From Candidatus Ozemobacteraceae bacterium (GTDB taxonomy: Bacteria; Muiribacteriota; Ozemobacteria; Ozemobacterales; Ozemobacteraceae), in contig OZ223236.1 in NCBI GenBank assembly GCA_965140445.1, positions 3,714,498 to 3,778,497 on the forward strand: DNA of 64,000 bases. Reading direction: 5' to 3'. Within the stretch, counting starts at the first letter, position 1; each line of letters begins with the position of its first letter. A model generated the notes under the pieces. The model did no database searches. It had not been told where the DNA came from and saw only the letters and a list, made by a program, of their open reading frames with translations. Position numbers and translations under genes: made by a program. Shown in pieces: positions 19,629 through 28,679 of this stretch.

Positions 19629-21473
19629 ATGAAAAACATAATCAAACTAATAACAACGTTCTTTTTTATAACTATAATAATACCCGCTTTTGCAGAATTC
19701 AAAAAGCAACAATTTTTGCTGATTGAGGATCAGGAATCTAAAACCTCTCAACAAATTTCATATAACATTGAAAAAGCCATGTCGGGCGCAAGCTTATCAA
19801 CAAGAAGGCTTGAGAAAAAACAATTGCTGGACTTTTCTTTTAACGATATTTCCTCTTTTACCGGAATTATTTTCACCAGCGACTCCTGCCCTGACTATCT
19901 TTATGGACCAGATGCTAAAAATTTCGTTTTAGATGGTGGAATTCTTTGCTTTGCCCACCAGTATTATTCGCAAGAGTATATAAGTGATTTTGGCGTATCT
20001 CTAGAATCTGGAGAATCAGATGCAATCTATGAAGATGCTCGGGGAGTAAAAAGCCTTAAGCCCATTTTTAACGATGAATATTTTGAAATGGCAAAAGAGG
20101 GGTTTACGACTGGGAGGATCAAGCTCTCTTTTTCAGCTGAATGGGAAACTGTTCTTAATTATATCAACCCGGAAAATTCGCTGCTTTTAACACGAAGATT
20201 TGGAAAAGGAAGCATAATTTATTGGAACTCCTCTTGTTTGACATCCAAACTTTTTAGAGGAATATTCCTTTTCACCCTTTTGAAGTCTCTTCCTATTTCA
20301 GCCATGAGCGTTCACAATGCTTTTTTAATGCACATCGACGATTCACCACCTCCAGCCTATGGAATAATGGAAGGACCTGTAGCTAGAGATTTTGGAATGA
20401 AGGACTATGACTTCCACAAAAGAGTCTGGGCTAAGGAAGTCCTACCTATGCTTGATGCAGCTGGCATAAAGCTCACCCATTTTTTAACTTTTGCTTATGA
20501 TGGAAAAATTAAAGGGCCTTTTCTAAAACAAAGCGATAGAGAGCCATTTTTCTCCGAATTTCTTAACATATTAAGAAAAAGGGGCGATGACTTTGGGTTC
20601 CATGGATACAACCATCAATCTCTTACAATTGGCCATAGTCCATCAACCCCGTGGAAAAGCCTTGATGAAATGTTGGATGCAGTAAAAGCGGGCTACAAAA
20701 TCTGGCAGAAACTGGGACTACCCCCCACCCTCTGCTATGTTCCACCAAATAATGTAATAGATAAGCATGGCAAATTAGTCTTATCAGAAGGTTTTCCAAG
20801 CATAAGAGTTATTTGCCGAGTTTACAAAGACTATGATAATGATCATTTCGCAAAAAAATCCACTGGTTATATTGCAGGACTTGGAAAAGTTGACAGCAAA
20901 GTAATGAAGAAAATTTATAGTCTTTATGCAAGCCGAAAAGCCATGACTTCACCCAAAGCGAGAGAATATTTTAATGGCGATGAATTTGGATTAGACCCAG
21001 AAGTTCCAAAATTTCTTGACCTGCCAAGATTGTCCAGTGGACACTTTTTGACTGAATATGAAAAACTTCAGATTTTAAATGGAATAATGGCTCACGGAAT
21101 TGCGGTTCATTTTTTTCATCCTGATGACATATATGACCCCGCCAGACGTGAAAAGAACTGGGAATATACTCTTTCATCATTAAAAAGGCTTTTACTTTTC
21201 TTTTCAAAGAATTTTGGTTTCGCACGAAAGTTACATACTTCAAAATTTGTTCAGGATTTTAAAAAATACGTTTTTGGAAACTCGAAAATCTTTTCAAATG
21301 GCGAAACAAAGTTAAAAATTCAACAAAAAGGCAGAAGATTTTACTACTTGTTCAGGCGTGACGCTTCAAATATTGCACCTAAAATCACTGGAGGAAAAAT
21401 AATAGCCGAAGTTGAAAAAGGTAAAATTTTCCTCATCGAGCTTAAAAGCCAGGAAGCAAACATAGAAAACTAA
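19629..21473 (+). CDS. Secreted PelA-like polysaccharide deacetylase (CE4-like) protein, paralog 2.
   Basis: 614 aa with signal peptide MKNIIKLITTFFFITIIIPAFA. Conserved LMHIDDSPP and FHGYNHQSL. Collinear with paralog 1 along its whole length. Confidence 0.55.
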   Translation: MKNIIKLITTFFFITIIIPAFAEFKKQQFLLIEDQESKTSQQISYNIEKAMSGASLSTRRLEKKQLLDFSFNDISSFTGIIFTSDSCPDYLYGPDAKNFVLDGGILCFAHQYYSQEYISDFGVSLESGESDAIYEDARGVKSLKPIFNDEYFEMAKEGFTTGRIKLSFSAEWETVLNYINPENSLLLTRRFGKGSIIYWNSSCLTSKLFRGIFLFTLLKSLPISAMSVHNAFLMHIDDSPPPAYGIMEGPVARDFGMKDYDFHKRVWAKEVLPMLDAAGIKLTHFLTFAYDGKIKGPFLKQSDREPFFSEFLNILRKRGDDFGFHGYNHQSLTIGHSPSTPWKSLDEMLDAVKAGYKIWQKLGLPPTLCYVPPNNVIDKHGKLVLSEGFPSIRVICRVYKDYDNDHFAKKSTGYIAGLGKVDSKVMKKIYSLYASRKAMTSPKAREYFNGDEFGLDPEVPKFLDLPRLSSGHFLTEYEKLQILNGIMAHGIAVHFFHPDDIYDPARREKNWEYTLSSLKRLLLFFSKNFGFARKLHTSKFVQDFKKYVFGNSKIFSNGETKLKIQQKGRRFYYLFRRDASNIAPKITGGKIIAEVEKGKIFLIELKSQEANIEN

Positions 21474-23544
21474 GCGCTTTTAAAGCATTTTGCTCATCAA
21501 GATGACGAGCAATACATTCGCCAAGGTCGCTTATAGAAAAAGGTTTTTTTAGTATTTCGGAATCGGTTCTATCCAGGAAATCATCTGGAAGTTCTTTCCG
21601 GCTATAGCCAGTACAAAATACTATTGGAACACCTTTTCGAATTTCACAGATTTTTTCAAAAGCATCTCTGCCATTTAATTCTGGCATTACAACATCAAAA
21701 ACCAGTAGATCTACATTATCTGGATTACTTTCAAATGCTTCTAAGGCTTCTTGTCCATCGGACACAGCAATAACATTGAATCCCAGCTTTTTCAGCATTC
21801 TTTTGGAAAGCTCCCGCACCATCTCTTCATCTTCCGCAAGGATAGCTGTTTTACCAGGAAACTTATTCTGGTAAATCTTTTTATCAGTTCCCACTAGTTC
21901 ATAAACTGGTGTTATTTCTCCAGACACCGGCAGAAAAACTCTAAAAGTTGAACCCTGTCCAACCTTGCTCTCAACATTGATTTTACCCTTATGTCTTTTA
22001 ACAATTCCATGAACTGATGCAAGGCCCATTCCAGTGCCCTCGCCAGATTTTTTGGTTGTAAAAAATGGTGTAAAAATTTTCTTCTGAATTTCTGGTGGAA
22101 TGCCCTCTCCATGATCAGCAACTTCAATTACTACATATTTACCCTTTTCACTTTTCTGAACGGCACCATGCCGGCTTAAATCGCCTCTAATTACAGATAT
22201 CTCAATCGAACCTGACTTGTTTTTCTTCATTGCATCACGCGCGTTTACGCATAAATTAGTCAGAATCTGGTCAAACTGACTTGGGTCCACAACGAAATAA
22301 ATTTCATCCTGATAGGGCTTAAAGTTTATTTTATAAGTTTCCCCTATAATTCTTTTTATCATACCTACAATCTGAGTAACTTGCTTGTTTACTTCAATCC
22401 TTTGGGGCTTAAAAGTCTCCCTCCTGCTAAAAAACATCATTTGCTTAACAAGGCTCTGTCCTCTTAAACCTGCCTCAACAATACCTTCTAATAGTGATAA
22501 GTCCTCAGAGTTTTCTGAAATTTCGGGAGCCATTAATTCCGCATATCCAAGTATAGCCTGCAAAATATTATTGAAATCATGAGCCACACCGCCAGCTAAA
22601 CTCCCCATAACTTCCATTTTCTGAACCTGTCTTTGCTTTTGCTCTCGGTTTTGAAGTTCGGTAATATCAATAACTGAAACAAGAATTAGTTCATAATCAC
22701 CATTTTCATCAATCTGAGGCGATGCTGCAATGGAGAAAACATGATCAGTATTTGTTTTTATACTGTTGCTAAAAGCAAATTTTTTTAAAACCTGGGCTTT
22801 CTTTATCGGGCATTCCTTACAGATACCGGAAGATTTACAAATTACCTCATTACATTGTCGAAATTGCATATCAGAGAATTCCAGACCAAATACTTCCTGG
22901 CTGGAAGCATTTGCCCAAACAATTCGCAGATCAGAATCAAAATAAAATAAACAGTCCTGAACCCTCTGCAAAACTGCTCGGTTACTAATTAATGAATCTG
23001 CCATAAGCTTCTTAAAAGCTGTTGATTCAGTTGAATCATAAAAACTGATTGCTATTGATTCTGAATCTAGTTGAAATTTTTTTACAGAATAAGTGCGCCC
23101 CGATTTGCCGAGAAAAATATTGAAACATTCATTTTCAGACTTTTCTTTTATATTTTCTTTCAAAATTTTAGAATCCTTGCCAAAAATATCAATCAAAGAG
23201 ATTGATCTATTTGGAAAATCTGCATAGGAAAATTCTTTTTGAAAAGCTTTATTTGCAGCAATCAAAGAAAAGTCTTCATCGTCATTTACCAGTAATGATG
23301 GTTCGTTTAAAGAATCAAAAAAATGCAGTATCTTCTCATCTCTCTTTGCAACTTCTGATTGGCTAATTCTAAATTTTTTACGGAAAAAGTTTGCAATGAA
23401 AACAGCTAAAACAAGCATAAAGAAAGCAAAAACTATTGAGAGGCTTATCCCTGATTTTATGCCGTTATTAGCATAAAGATCGGCATAAAGAACCAAAGAA
23501 CATCCAAGAATAAAAACGGATAATTTCCAACATTTCTTACTCAT
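21442..23544 (-). CDS. Hybrid sensor histidine kinase (TM, PAS, HisKA, HATPase, receiver).
   Basis: 700 aa. N-terminal TM. H-box GVAHDFNNILQAILGYAELM. G-box region GEGTGMGLASVHGIVKRH. C-terminal receiver ILAEDEEMVRE...DLLVFDVVMPELNGRD. Its 3' end overlaps the pelA-like paralog 2 convergently by ~30 nt. Confidence 0.8.
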   Translation of the reverse strand: MSKKCWKLSVFILGCSLVLYADLYANNGIKSGISLSIVFAFFMLVLAVFIANFFRKKFRISQSEVAKRDEKILHFFDSLNEPSLLVNDDEDFSLIAANKAFQKEFSYADFPNRSISLIDIFGKDSKILKENIKEKSENECFNIFLGKSGRTYSVKKFQLDSESIAISFYDSTESTAFKKLMADSLISNRAVLQRVQDCLFYFDSDLRIVWANASSQEVFGLEFSDMQFRQCNEVICKSSGICKECPIKKAQVLKKFAFSNSIKTNTDHVFSIAASPQIDENGDYELILVSVIDITELQNREQKQRQVQKMEVMGSLAGGVAHDFNNILQAILGYAELMAPEISENSEDLSLLEGIVEAGLRGQSLVKQMMFFSRRETFKPQRIEVNKQVTQIVGMIKRIIGETYKINFKPYQDEIYFVVDPSQFDQILTNLCVNARDAMKKNKSGSIEISVIRGDLSRHGAVQKSEKGKYVVIEVADHGEGIPPEIQKKIFTPFFTTKKSGEGTGMGLASVHGIVKRHKGKINVESKVGQGSTFRVFLPVSGEITPVYELVGTDKKIYQNKFPGKTAILAEDEEMVRELSKRMLKKLGFNVIAVSDGQEALEAFESNPDNVDLLVFDVVMPELNGRDAFEKICEIRKGVPIVFCTGYSRKELPDDFLDRTDSEILKKPFSISDLGECIARHLDEQNALKALSFLCLLPGF

Positions 23545-23577
23545 TCAATCCTCTTAAAAATGACTTTTTCTGTAACT

Positions 23578-23973
23578 CTATTTTTTTTGTTTTTTCTTTC
23601 TTAACTCGGCGAATTCAGGGTAAAGCCTGGCAAAGCATTCTTCACAAAATCCGTGTGAGAAATCAACTTCTTTCTCATTTTGCAGCCACTTATCAATTTC
23701 AACCCATTTTTCATCTGATTTGATCTTTTTGCATCCAGCGCAAATGACCTGAAAGCTTTCCAGATAACGAATTTTCTTTTCAAGGCGTGAAAACCAGAAA
23801 AAGTTTGCCAACGCCAGAGCAAAAATAATGATGCTCTCTAATAAACACTCGGAAACGTTAACAGGTGTAGCCTGGCCACCAAACATTGCAACCAGATCAA
23901 AATATTCATTTACCCAGATGAAAACGATTAAAAGAACGTGACTACACATCACCTGGCAGGAAATTCTGCTCAT
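23578..23973 (-). CDS. Small membrane protein with C-terminal CxxC...CxxC zinc-ribbon; likely cotranscribed with the downstream histidine kinase.
   Basis: 131 aa. Two hydrophobic helices, then CAGCKKIK...HGFCEECF. 33-nt gap to the HK start on the same strand. Confidence 0.4.
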   Translation of the reverse strand: MSRISCQVMCSHVLLIVFIWVNEYFDLVAMFGGQATPVNVSECLLESIIIFALALANFFWFSRLEKKIRYLESFQVICAGCKKIKSDEKWVEIDKWLQNEKEVDFSHGFCEECFARLYPEFAELRKKKQKK

Positions 23974-24055
23974 ACAAAAAGAATCCTCAATTTTTTATTT
24001 TATTCTTTAACTAGTATACGTTTGAAATTAATAAAATGCTTCAAAGTTTTTAGAT

Positions 24056-24090
24056 AAAAAAAAAGCCCCGAAATTTCGGGGCTTTTTTTT
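24056..24090. terminator. Bidirectional rho-independent terminator.
   Basis: A9-gccccg-aaattt-cggggc-T8. Confidence 0.65.
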
Positions 24091-24093
24091 ATT

Positions 24094-25530
24094 TTATTTA
24101 TAGGGTTTCATCCCTGGGAACCTTGATTCATAGTCGGATAGCATACCACCAGCCACACCAGAAAGGCCAATCAAACCAATTAAGTTAGGAAATGCCATTA
24201 GTCCATTTGCAATATCTGAAAGATTCCAAACAATTTCCAATGGAATTGCAGCTCCAATGGGAATAAGTAAAACATAAACAATTCGATAAATAAACACTGC
24301 TTTTTTAGCTCTGCTTGGATTAGAGTCAAACAAATATCTAACAGACCTGTCGCCGTAGTAACTCCAACCAACCATAGTGGAAAAAGCAAAGAAGACTAAT
24401 CCAAAACTAACTACATGGTGACCCCAGGATACAGTTTCTTTGAAAGCTGCTGCGGTTAATTCAGCTCCTTTAAGTCCTTTTAAAGCAACAGGAGCCTCAG
24501 CTGCAAAATAGCCGCTGGTAATAATTACTAAAGCTGTCATAGTACAAACAACAATTGTGTCAATAAAGGGGCCCAACATTGCAACCATTCCTTCACGGAC
24601 CGGTTCCTTGGTTTTCGCTGGAGCATGAGCAATAGCAGCTGAACCTAAGCCCGCTTCATTTGAAAACAACCCTCGGGCAACTCCCCATCTCATGGCCTGA
24701 GCCACCGAGAACCCCAGCACACCACCAACCATTTCGTTCATTCCAAATGCAGAAGAAAAGATTAATTTGAACGCCGGCAATATAGATTGATAATTTTTTG
24801 ATAATATTATCAGACAACTGATTACATATCCTAGTGCCATTATAGGAACTATTTTATCAGCCACCCTGGCAATCCTTTTAATCCCACCCAATATAACAAA
24901 ACCAACCAGAACAGAAATTACCAGACCAATTAGAAATCTAGCCATCGGGAAAGTTCCCTCTGGAGATTCTGCAATCCATCCCCATTCCACAATATAGCTA
25001 TGGAGTGGACCAGCAACAGAGTTTGCCTGAACCATATTGCCGATTCCAAAAGAGGCTATAAAGGCAAACAAAGCAAAAGCGAATCCAAGAGCAGGTTTTT
25101 GCAACCCATCACGGAGAAAATACATAGGCCCGCCAGTAACTTCCCCATCCGAGTCGATGCTTCTATATTTTTGCGCCAACAGACAAGAAGTAAACTTAGT
25201 GCACATTCCAATAAATGCAGTTACCCACATCCAAAACACTGCTCCAGGGCCGCCACTAACCAAAGCGGTCGCGACACCAGCAATATTTCCAGTGCCAATA
25301 GTTGCTGATAAGGCTGTTGAAAGAGCTTGAAAATGGGTGATTTCTCCATGGTCATCCGGGTCATCCCATTTTCCAGTTATTAATGACCAGGCATGCTTAA
25401 AAAACCTAACCTGAACAAGTTTCATACGGAAACTTAACCAGATCCCTGTGCCAACAAGAAGGAACATTAAAAAATATCCCCAGACATAACCATCAATGGT
25501 TGCAATTAGTTTGCTAATCTCTTCCAACAA
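24094..25530 (-). CDS. Alanine/glycine:cation symporter (AGCS family).
   Basis: 478 aa polytopic. AGCS signature region FQALSTALSATIGTGNIAGVATAL. Confidence 0.85.
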   Translation of the reverse strand: MLEEISKLIATIDGYVWGYFLMFLLVGTGIWLSFRMKLVQVRFFKHAWSLITGKWDDPDDHGEITHFQALSTALSATIGTGNIAGVATALVSGGPGAVFWMWVTAFIGMCTKFTSCLLAQKYRSIDSDGEVTGGPMYFLRDGLQKPALGFAFALFAFIASFGIGNMVQANSVAGPLHSYIVEWGWIAESPEGTFPMARFLIGLVISVLVGFVILGGIKRIARVADKIVPIMALGYVISCLIILSKNYQSILPAFKLIFSSAFGMNEMVGGVLGFSVAQAMRWGVARGLFSNEAGLGSAAIAHAPAKTKEPVREGMVAMLGPFIDTIVVCTMTALVIITSGYFAAEAPVALKGLKGAELTAAAFKETVSWGHHVVSFGLVFFAFSTMVGWSYYGDRSVRYLFDSNPSRAKKAVFIYRIVYVLLIPIGAAIPLEIVWNLSDIANGLMAFPNLIGLIGLSGVAGGMLSDYESRFPGMKPYK

Positions 25531-25630
25531 ATTCCTCCAAATAACTATTTTTTTACTATTTCGACTCTTTCATTTTTTTTCATAATCTTTATTTAAAACC
25601 ATGGCTTTCAAGAAACACTTTTGCCAATCT

Positions 25631-26359
25631 TTAAACATCCTGGAAGGCAATAATTTCCTTCTTTATATCTTCATATAATTTATCAAGCCATTTAATTTCT
25701 TTAATAGATGGCGGCGCTTCATTCTTTCGAAAATCTACAGGACTAATTATAACTTTGCACTTTTTCAAACCTGCATGGGCCGCGAGACAAAAAATTTCTT
25801 CTATGGCCGGGTCACCTACCGGAATACATCCTATGGTAACAGAGTTTCCATGAATCATTATATCGCCACCCAAAGCTTTTCTTCCGTCTTCTTTAGCTCG
25901 ACTCAAATCAAACTCATTTGGATAAGATATCTTAAGTGACAGATGAAACATACTATTTGGATTTAAGTATTCTATTCCATAAATACCCTCAGGTATCTGT
26001 CGGTCTCCATCTTTCAATTTTGGGCCTAACTTGCCTGAAAAAGCAGTAAAGGGATAAGTCTTTATCAGGTAATTTTTACCATTTAATTCAGTCCAGGCTT
26101 CCAGAGTTCTGCTACTCTTTATCGCTACGAAAGAAACATTAGCAGGAAATCCCTCTACTCCGATATTTAACAAATCTACCTCTAATTTTTTCAAAATCCT
26201 GGATTTAAGTTTTGAGACCACTTCTTCCACAGTTTTTTTCCCCTTAAATTTAAGCAAAAGAGGGCGAAATAAATATCTGAATTTAAAAGCTATAACCCCG
26301 CCAATAAGCAAAGCTATAAAAGAAATAGAGATTAGTTTCAATCGGGAGATTCTATGCAT
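25631..26359 (-). CDS. L,D-transpeptidase (YkuD fold), membrane anchored.
   Basis: 242 aa with N-terminal TM. Catalytic motif IHGNSVTIGCIPV (H...GC). Confidence 0.65.
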   Translation of the reverse strand: MHRISRLKLISISFIALLIGGVIAFKFRYLFRPLLLKFKGKKTVEEVVSKLKSRILKKLEVDLLNIGVEGFPANVSFVAIKSSRTLEAWTELNGKNYLIKTYPFTAFSGKLGPKLKDGDRQIPEGIYGIEYLNPNSMFHLSLKISYPNEFDLSRAKEDGRKALGGDIMIHGNSVTIGCIPVGDPAIEEIFCLAAHAGLKKCKVIISPVDFRKNEAPPSIKEIKWLDKLYEDIKKEIIAFQDV

Positions 26360-26519
26360 TTTTGCATTCTATCATTCCGGATTCTCTAGTACAAGCAGTA
26401 GTGAGAGCATAAAAAAAGAATCTCTCCAAAACATAGAATATTTAAGCCTCCAATTGAATGAATAGCTTTATCGAAAAGAGATTGACTGATAGAATGGTAT
26501 CCCCTAACTGGAGAACAAA

Positions 26520-28679
26520 ATGAAACATCGCCAAATCCAAAAGAAATTTCTTCTACTTATATTTCTTTTATTAAGCATTACCTCAAATGCCGCTTCAAAC
26601 TCTTTGTTTAAAGATTTTGTTGATTATGTTTCTGTATTCTCCCACGGAGAACCCGCCGGTAAAGACCACATTCCATCAATCGATTTCTCACATCCCTTTT
26701 CTCAACAAGCAATACTCCCTGAAGTTTTTAAAGAGATTTCCGCAAAACACCTGAAAAAAGATCTTCTAAAAAATTCAATTGCAAAAAGCAGATTCGTGGA
26801 AAAAACACTCTGTTCGGAGTCACAATCACTCCCTATAGAAAACCTTATAAAAGCTTACAAATACTCCATTGGTTCACGCGAAGAGCTGGAAATTTTAAAA
26901 AAATTAGCAGCAAAGTTATCCCGTGAAGGGAAAGTATTCCCCGATACTGTTTTGAAAGTCCTCAACCTGTATAAAATGCGTTCATTAAGCATTGCACAAA
27001 ATCAATTCCCAAAATCTATATCCAGGGCTTCAATCACTGGGGAAAAATTCCAGGCGTTTTCAATGAGAAAAAATTGGAGCAAAAGCCTGACAAGAGAATT
27101 TAAAGAATTTCTTGTTGAGTTTGGACTTAATGAAATTGCCCTGGCAGCCTCCGCCAAAACCCTTACATTTCTGGGAAAACAAAATGAAGCCAAATCTCTT
27201 CTGGCAAGAGCTTTACTGATAAATCAAAATACTAAATCAATCGCAGAAAAAGACCCTACATTGAAAGCGTTGCTCCCACAAGACAATTCCGATAAGGCTT
27301 TTTTGCCTGGGGTCGAGGTGAGAGAATACGACGGGATTGACCAATTAGAACTGAACTACAGTTTAAATTCACAAAAAAAACAAAGCAAAATTCTTATCTG
27401 GGACAATGGAAGTTTTCTTGAAAAGAAAAGCAATGTCCGAATCCCCTCATGGGTAATCTCGCAGCTTATGGTAGAACTTCAAAATAGCACGCCATCTGAT
27501 TCACCATTAACCAAACTGATCATGCTTGAGCATCGCCCTAAAATCTCAATAAAAATCCACAGAAACAGACTTCGTTCACCGATTTTCATTTTTTCCAACA
27601 GCAACACTCCGCTAATGCTTCCAGTCAATTTCTACCAAAACAATAAGCTAAGCCACTCTTATTCAGAAAATACCGGAAAGCTCCTTTTACTTTTATCCAG
27701 TTGGCTTGGAATAAGTCATGAAGCCTTGCAAAGCTCCAAACAAGCAGAAAGCAGTTGGACCCCGATATCTAATGATATTACTATCAAAAGTAATTTTTCT
27801 TTTCCAGAATTGGCTTCTCTTGAATACACTTACGGCAAATCACGAGACTCATTCATGGAAAAAGTAAAAAATGAAATTCGTAATTTCCCGGTATGGGAAA
27901 TGACTCACTCAGAAACATACCTTTCCACAGAAGAAAAAAATATCAACGATTTTCTTTTAATAGCTCAGTTCAAAAACAATTCAAGAATTAGAACCTCCAA
28001 AGAAATAAAGATTATAACCTGGGCGATTAATGACAGGAACAATAAAACAAAATGGCTTACAGGAGAAAGTAATGATTTTTTTTCAACAGTAGAAATTGTT
28101 GAACAGAGCCTTTTGCAATCGATTGGATTTGAAAAATCCACAACCCTTATTACACCGTTTCATGGCGACATAGATTTTGATGCTTTCCCAGGGTTAACTG
28201 GCTGCTACAGGCTCTGTGAATTTCTCACCGAGCATTCGCTAAGTTTTGAAGACACTGGAAAATACAATTCCGTTTTGAAGACCAAACAAACAGACATGGA
28301 AACCGGTAGCGAAATTGAAACAATCTTTTTGCCCGGTGCACAAAGTCATGTGATAACCGACCTTGTTTTACATAAAAAAGCAATCATTTGCCCTATGGGA
28401 AACCAGCTACTGGCATTTATCCTGTCTCCAGAAAGCCTATTTAGCGATATAACTAAAATCAAATACACCAAAGGCAAAATTACCCTGTCTTTAAACAACA
28501 CCACCGAAAAATCAAACCTGCACAATTATTTGTCTACATTGAAAATGAATGGCTTAAAATATGAGGTAACCGAATCTCAAAGAAATTTTAACCTGCAGAT
28601 ATCTTTAACTAATAAAGACCTGATGATCGGAAAAAACTTTAAACTTTTTGTTAAAACAAAGGCGGCAAAACAATGGTAG
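26520..28679 (+). CDS. Large secreted hypothetical protein.
   Basis: 719 aa. Signal peptide MKHRQIQKKFLLLIFLLLSITSNAAS. No recognisable catalytic motif. Overlaps the next gene by 7 nt. Confidence 0.45.
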   Translation: MKHRQIQKKFLLLIFLLLSITSNAASNSLFKDFVDYVSVFSHGEPAGKDHIPSIDFSHPFSQQAILPEVFKEISAKHLKKDLLKNSIAKSRFVEKTLCSESQSLPIENLIKAYKYSIGSREELEILKKLAAKLSREGKVFPDTVLKVLNLYKMRSLSIAQNQFPKSISRASITGEKFQAFSMRKNWSKSLTREFKEFLVEFGLNEIALAASAKTLTFLGKQNEAKSLLARALLINQNTKSIAEKDPTLKALLPQDNSDKAFLPGVEVREYDGIDQLELNYSLNSQKKQSKILIWDNGSFLEKKSNVRIPSWVISQLMVELQNSTPSDSPLTKLIMLEHRPKISIKIHRNRLRSPIFIFSNSNTPLMLPVNFYQNNKLSHSYSENTGKLLLLLSSWLGISHEALQSSKQAESSWTPISNDITIKSNFSFPELASLEYTYGKSRDSFMEKVKNEIRNFPVWEMTHSETYLSTEEKNINDFLLIAQFKNNSRIRTSKEIKIITWAINDRNNKTKWLTGESNDFFSTVEIVEQSLLQSIGFEKSTTLITPFHGDIDFDAFPGLTGCYRLCEFLTEHSLSFEDTGKYNSVLKTKQTDMETGSEIETIFLPGAQSHVITDLVLHKKAIICPMGNQLLAFILSPESLFSDITKIKYTKGKITLSLNNTTEKSNLHNYLSTLKMNGLKYEVTESQRNFNLQISLTNKDLMIGKNFKLFVKTKAAKQW

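Noticed and set aside
8172-21473. Antisense or alternative-frame ORFs inside the pel genes (e.g. 9005-9211, 9286-9468, 11005-11205, 11628-11870, 12070-12285, 15090-15323, 16636-16848, 17243-17470, 19723-19932, 20971-21243).
   Set aside because: All are nested within much longer, motif-bearing frames. They are too short and lack RBSs, consistent with chance ORFs in AT-rich DNA.
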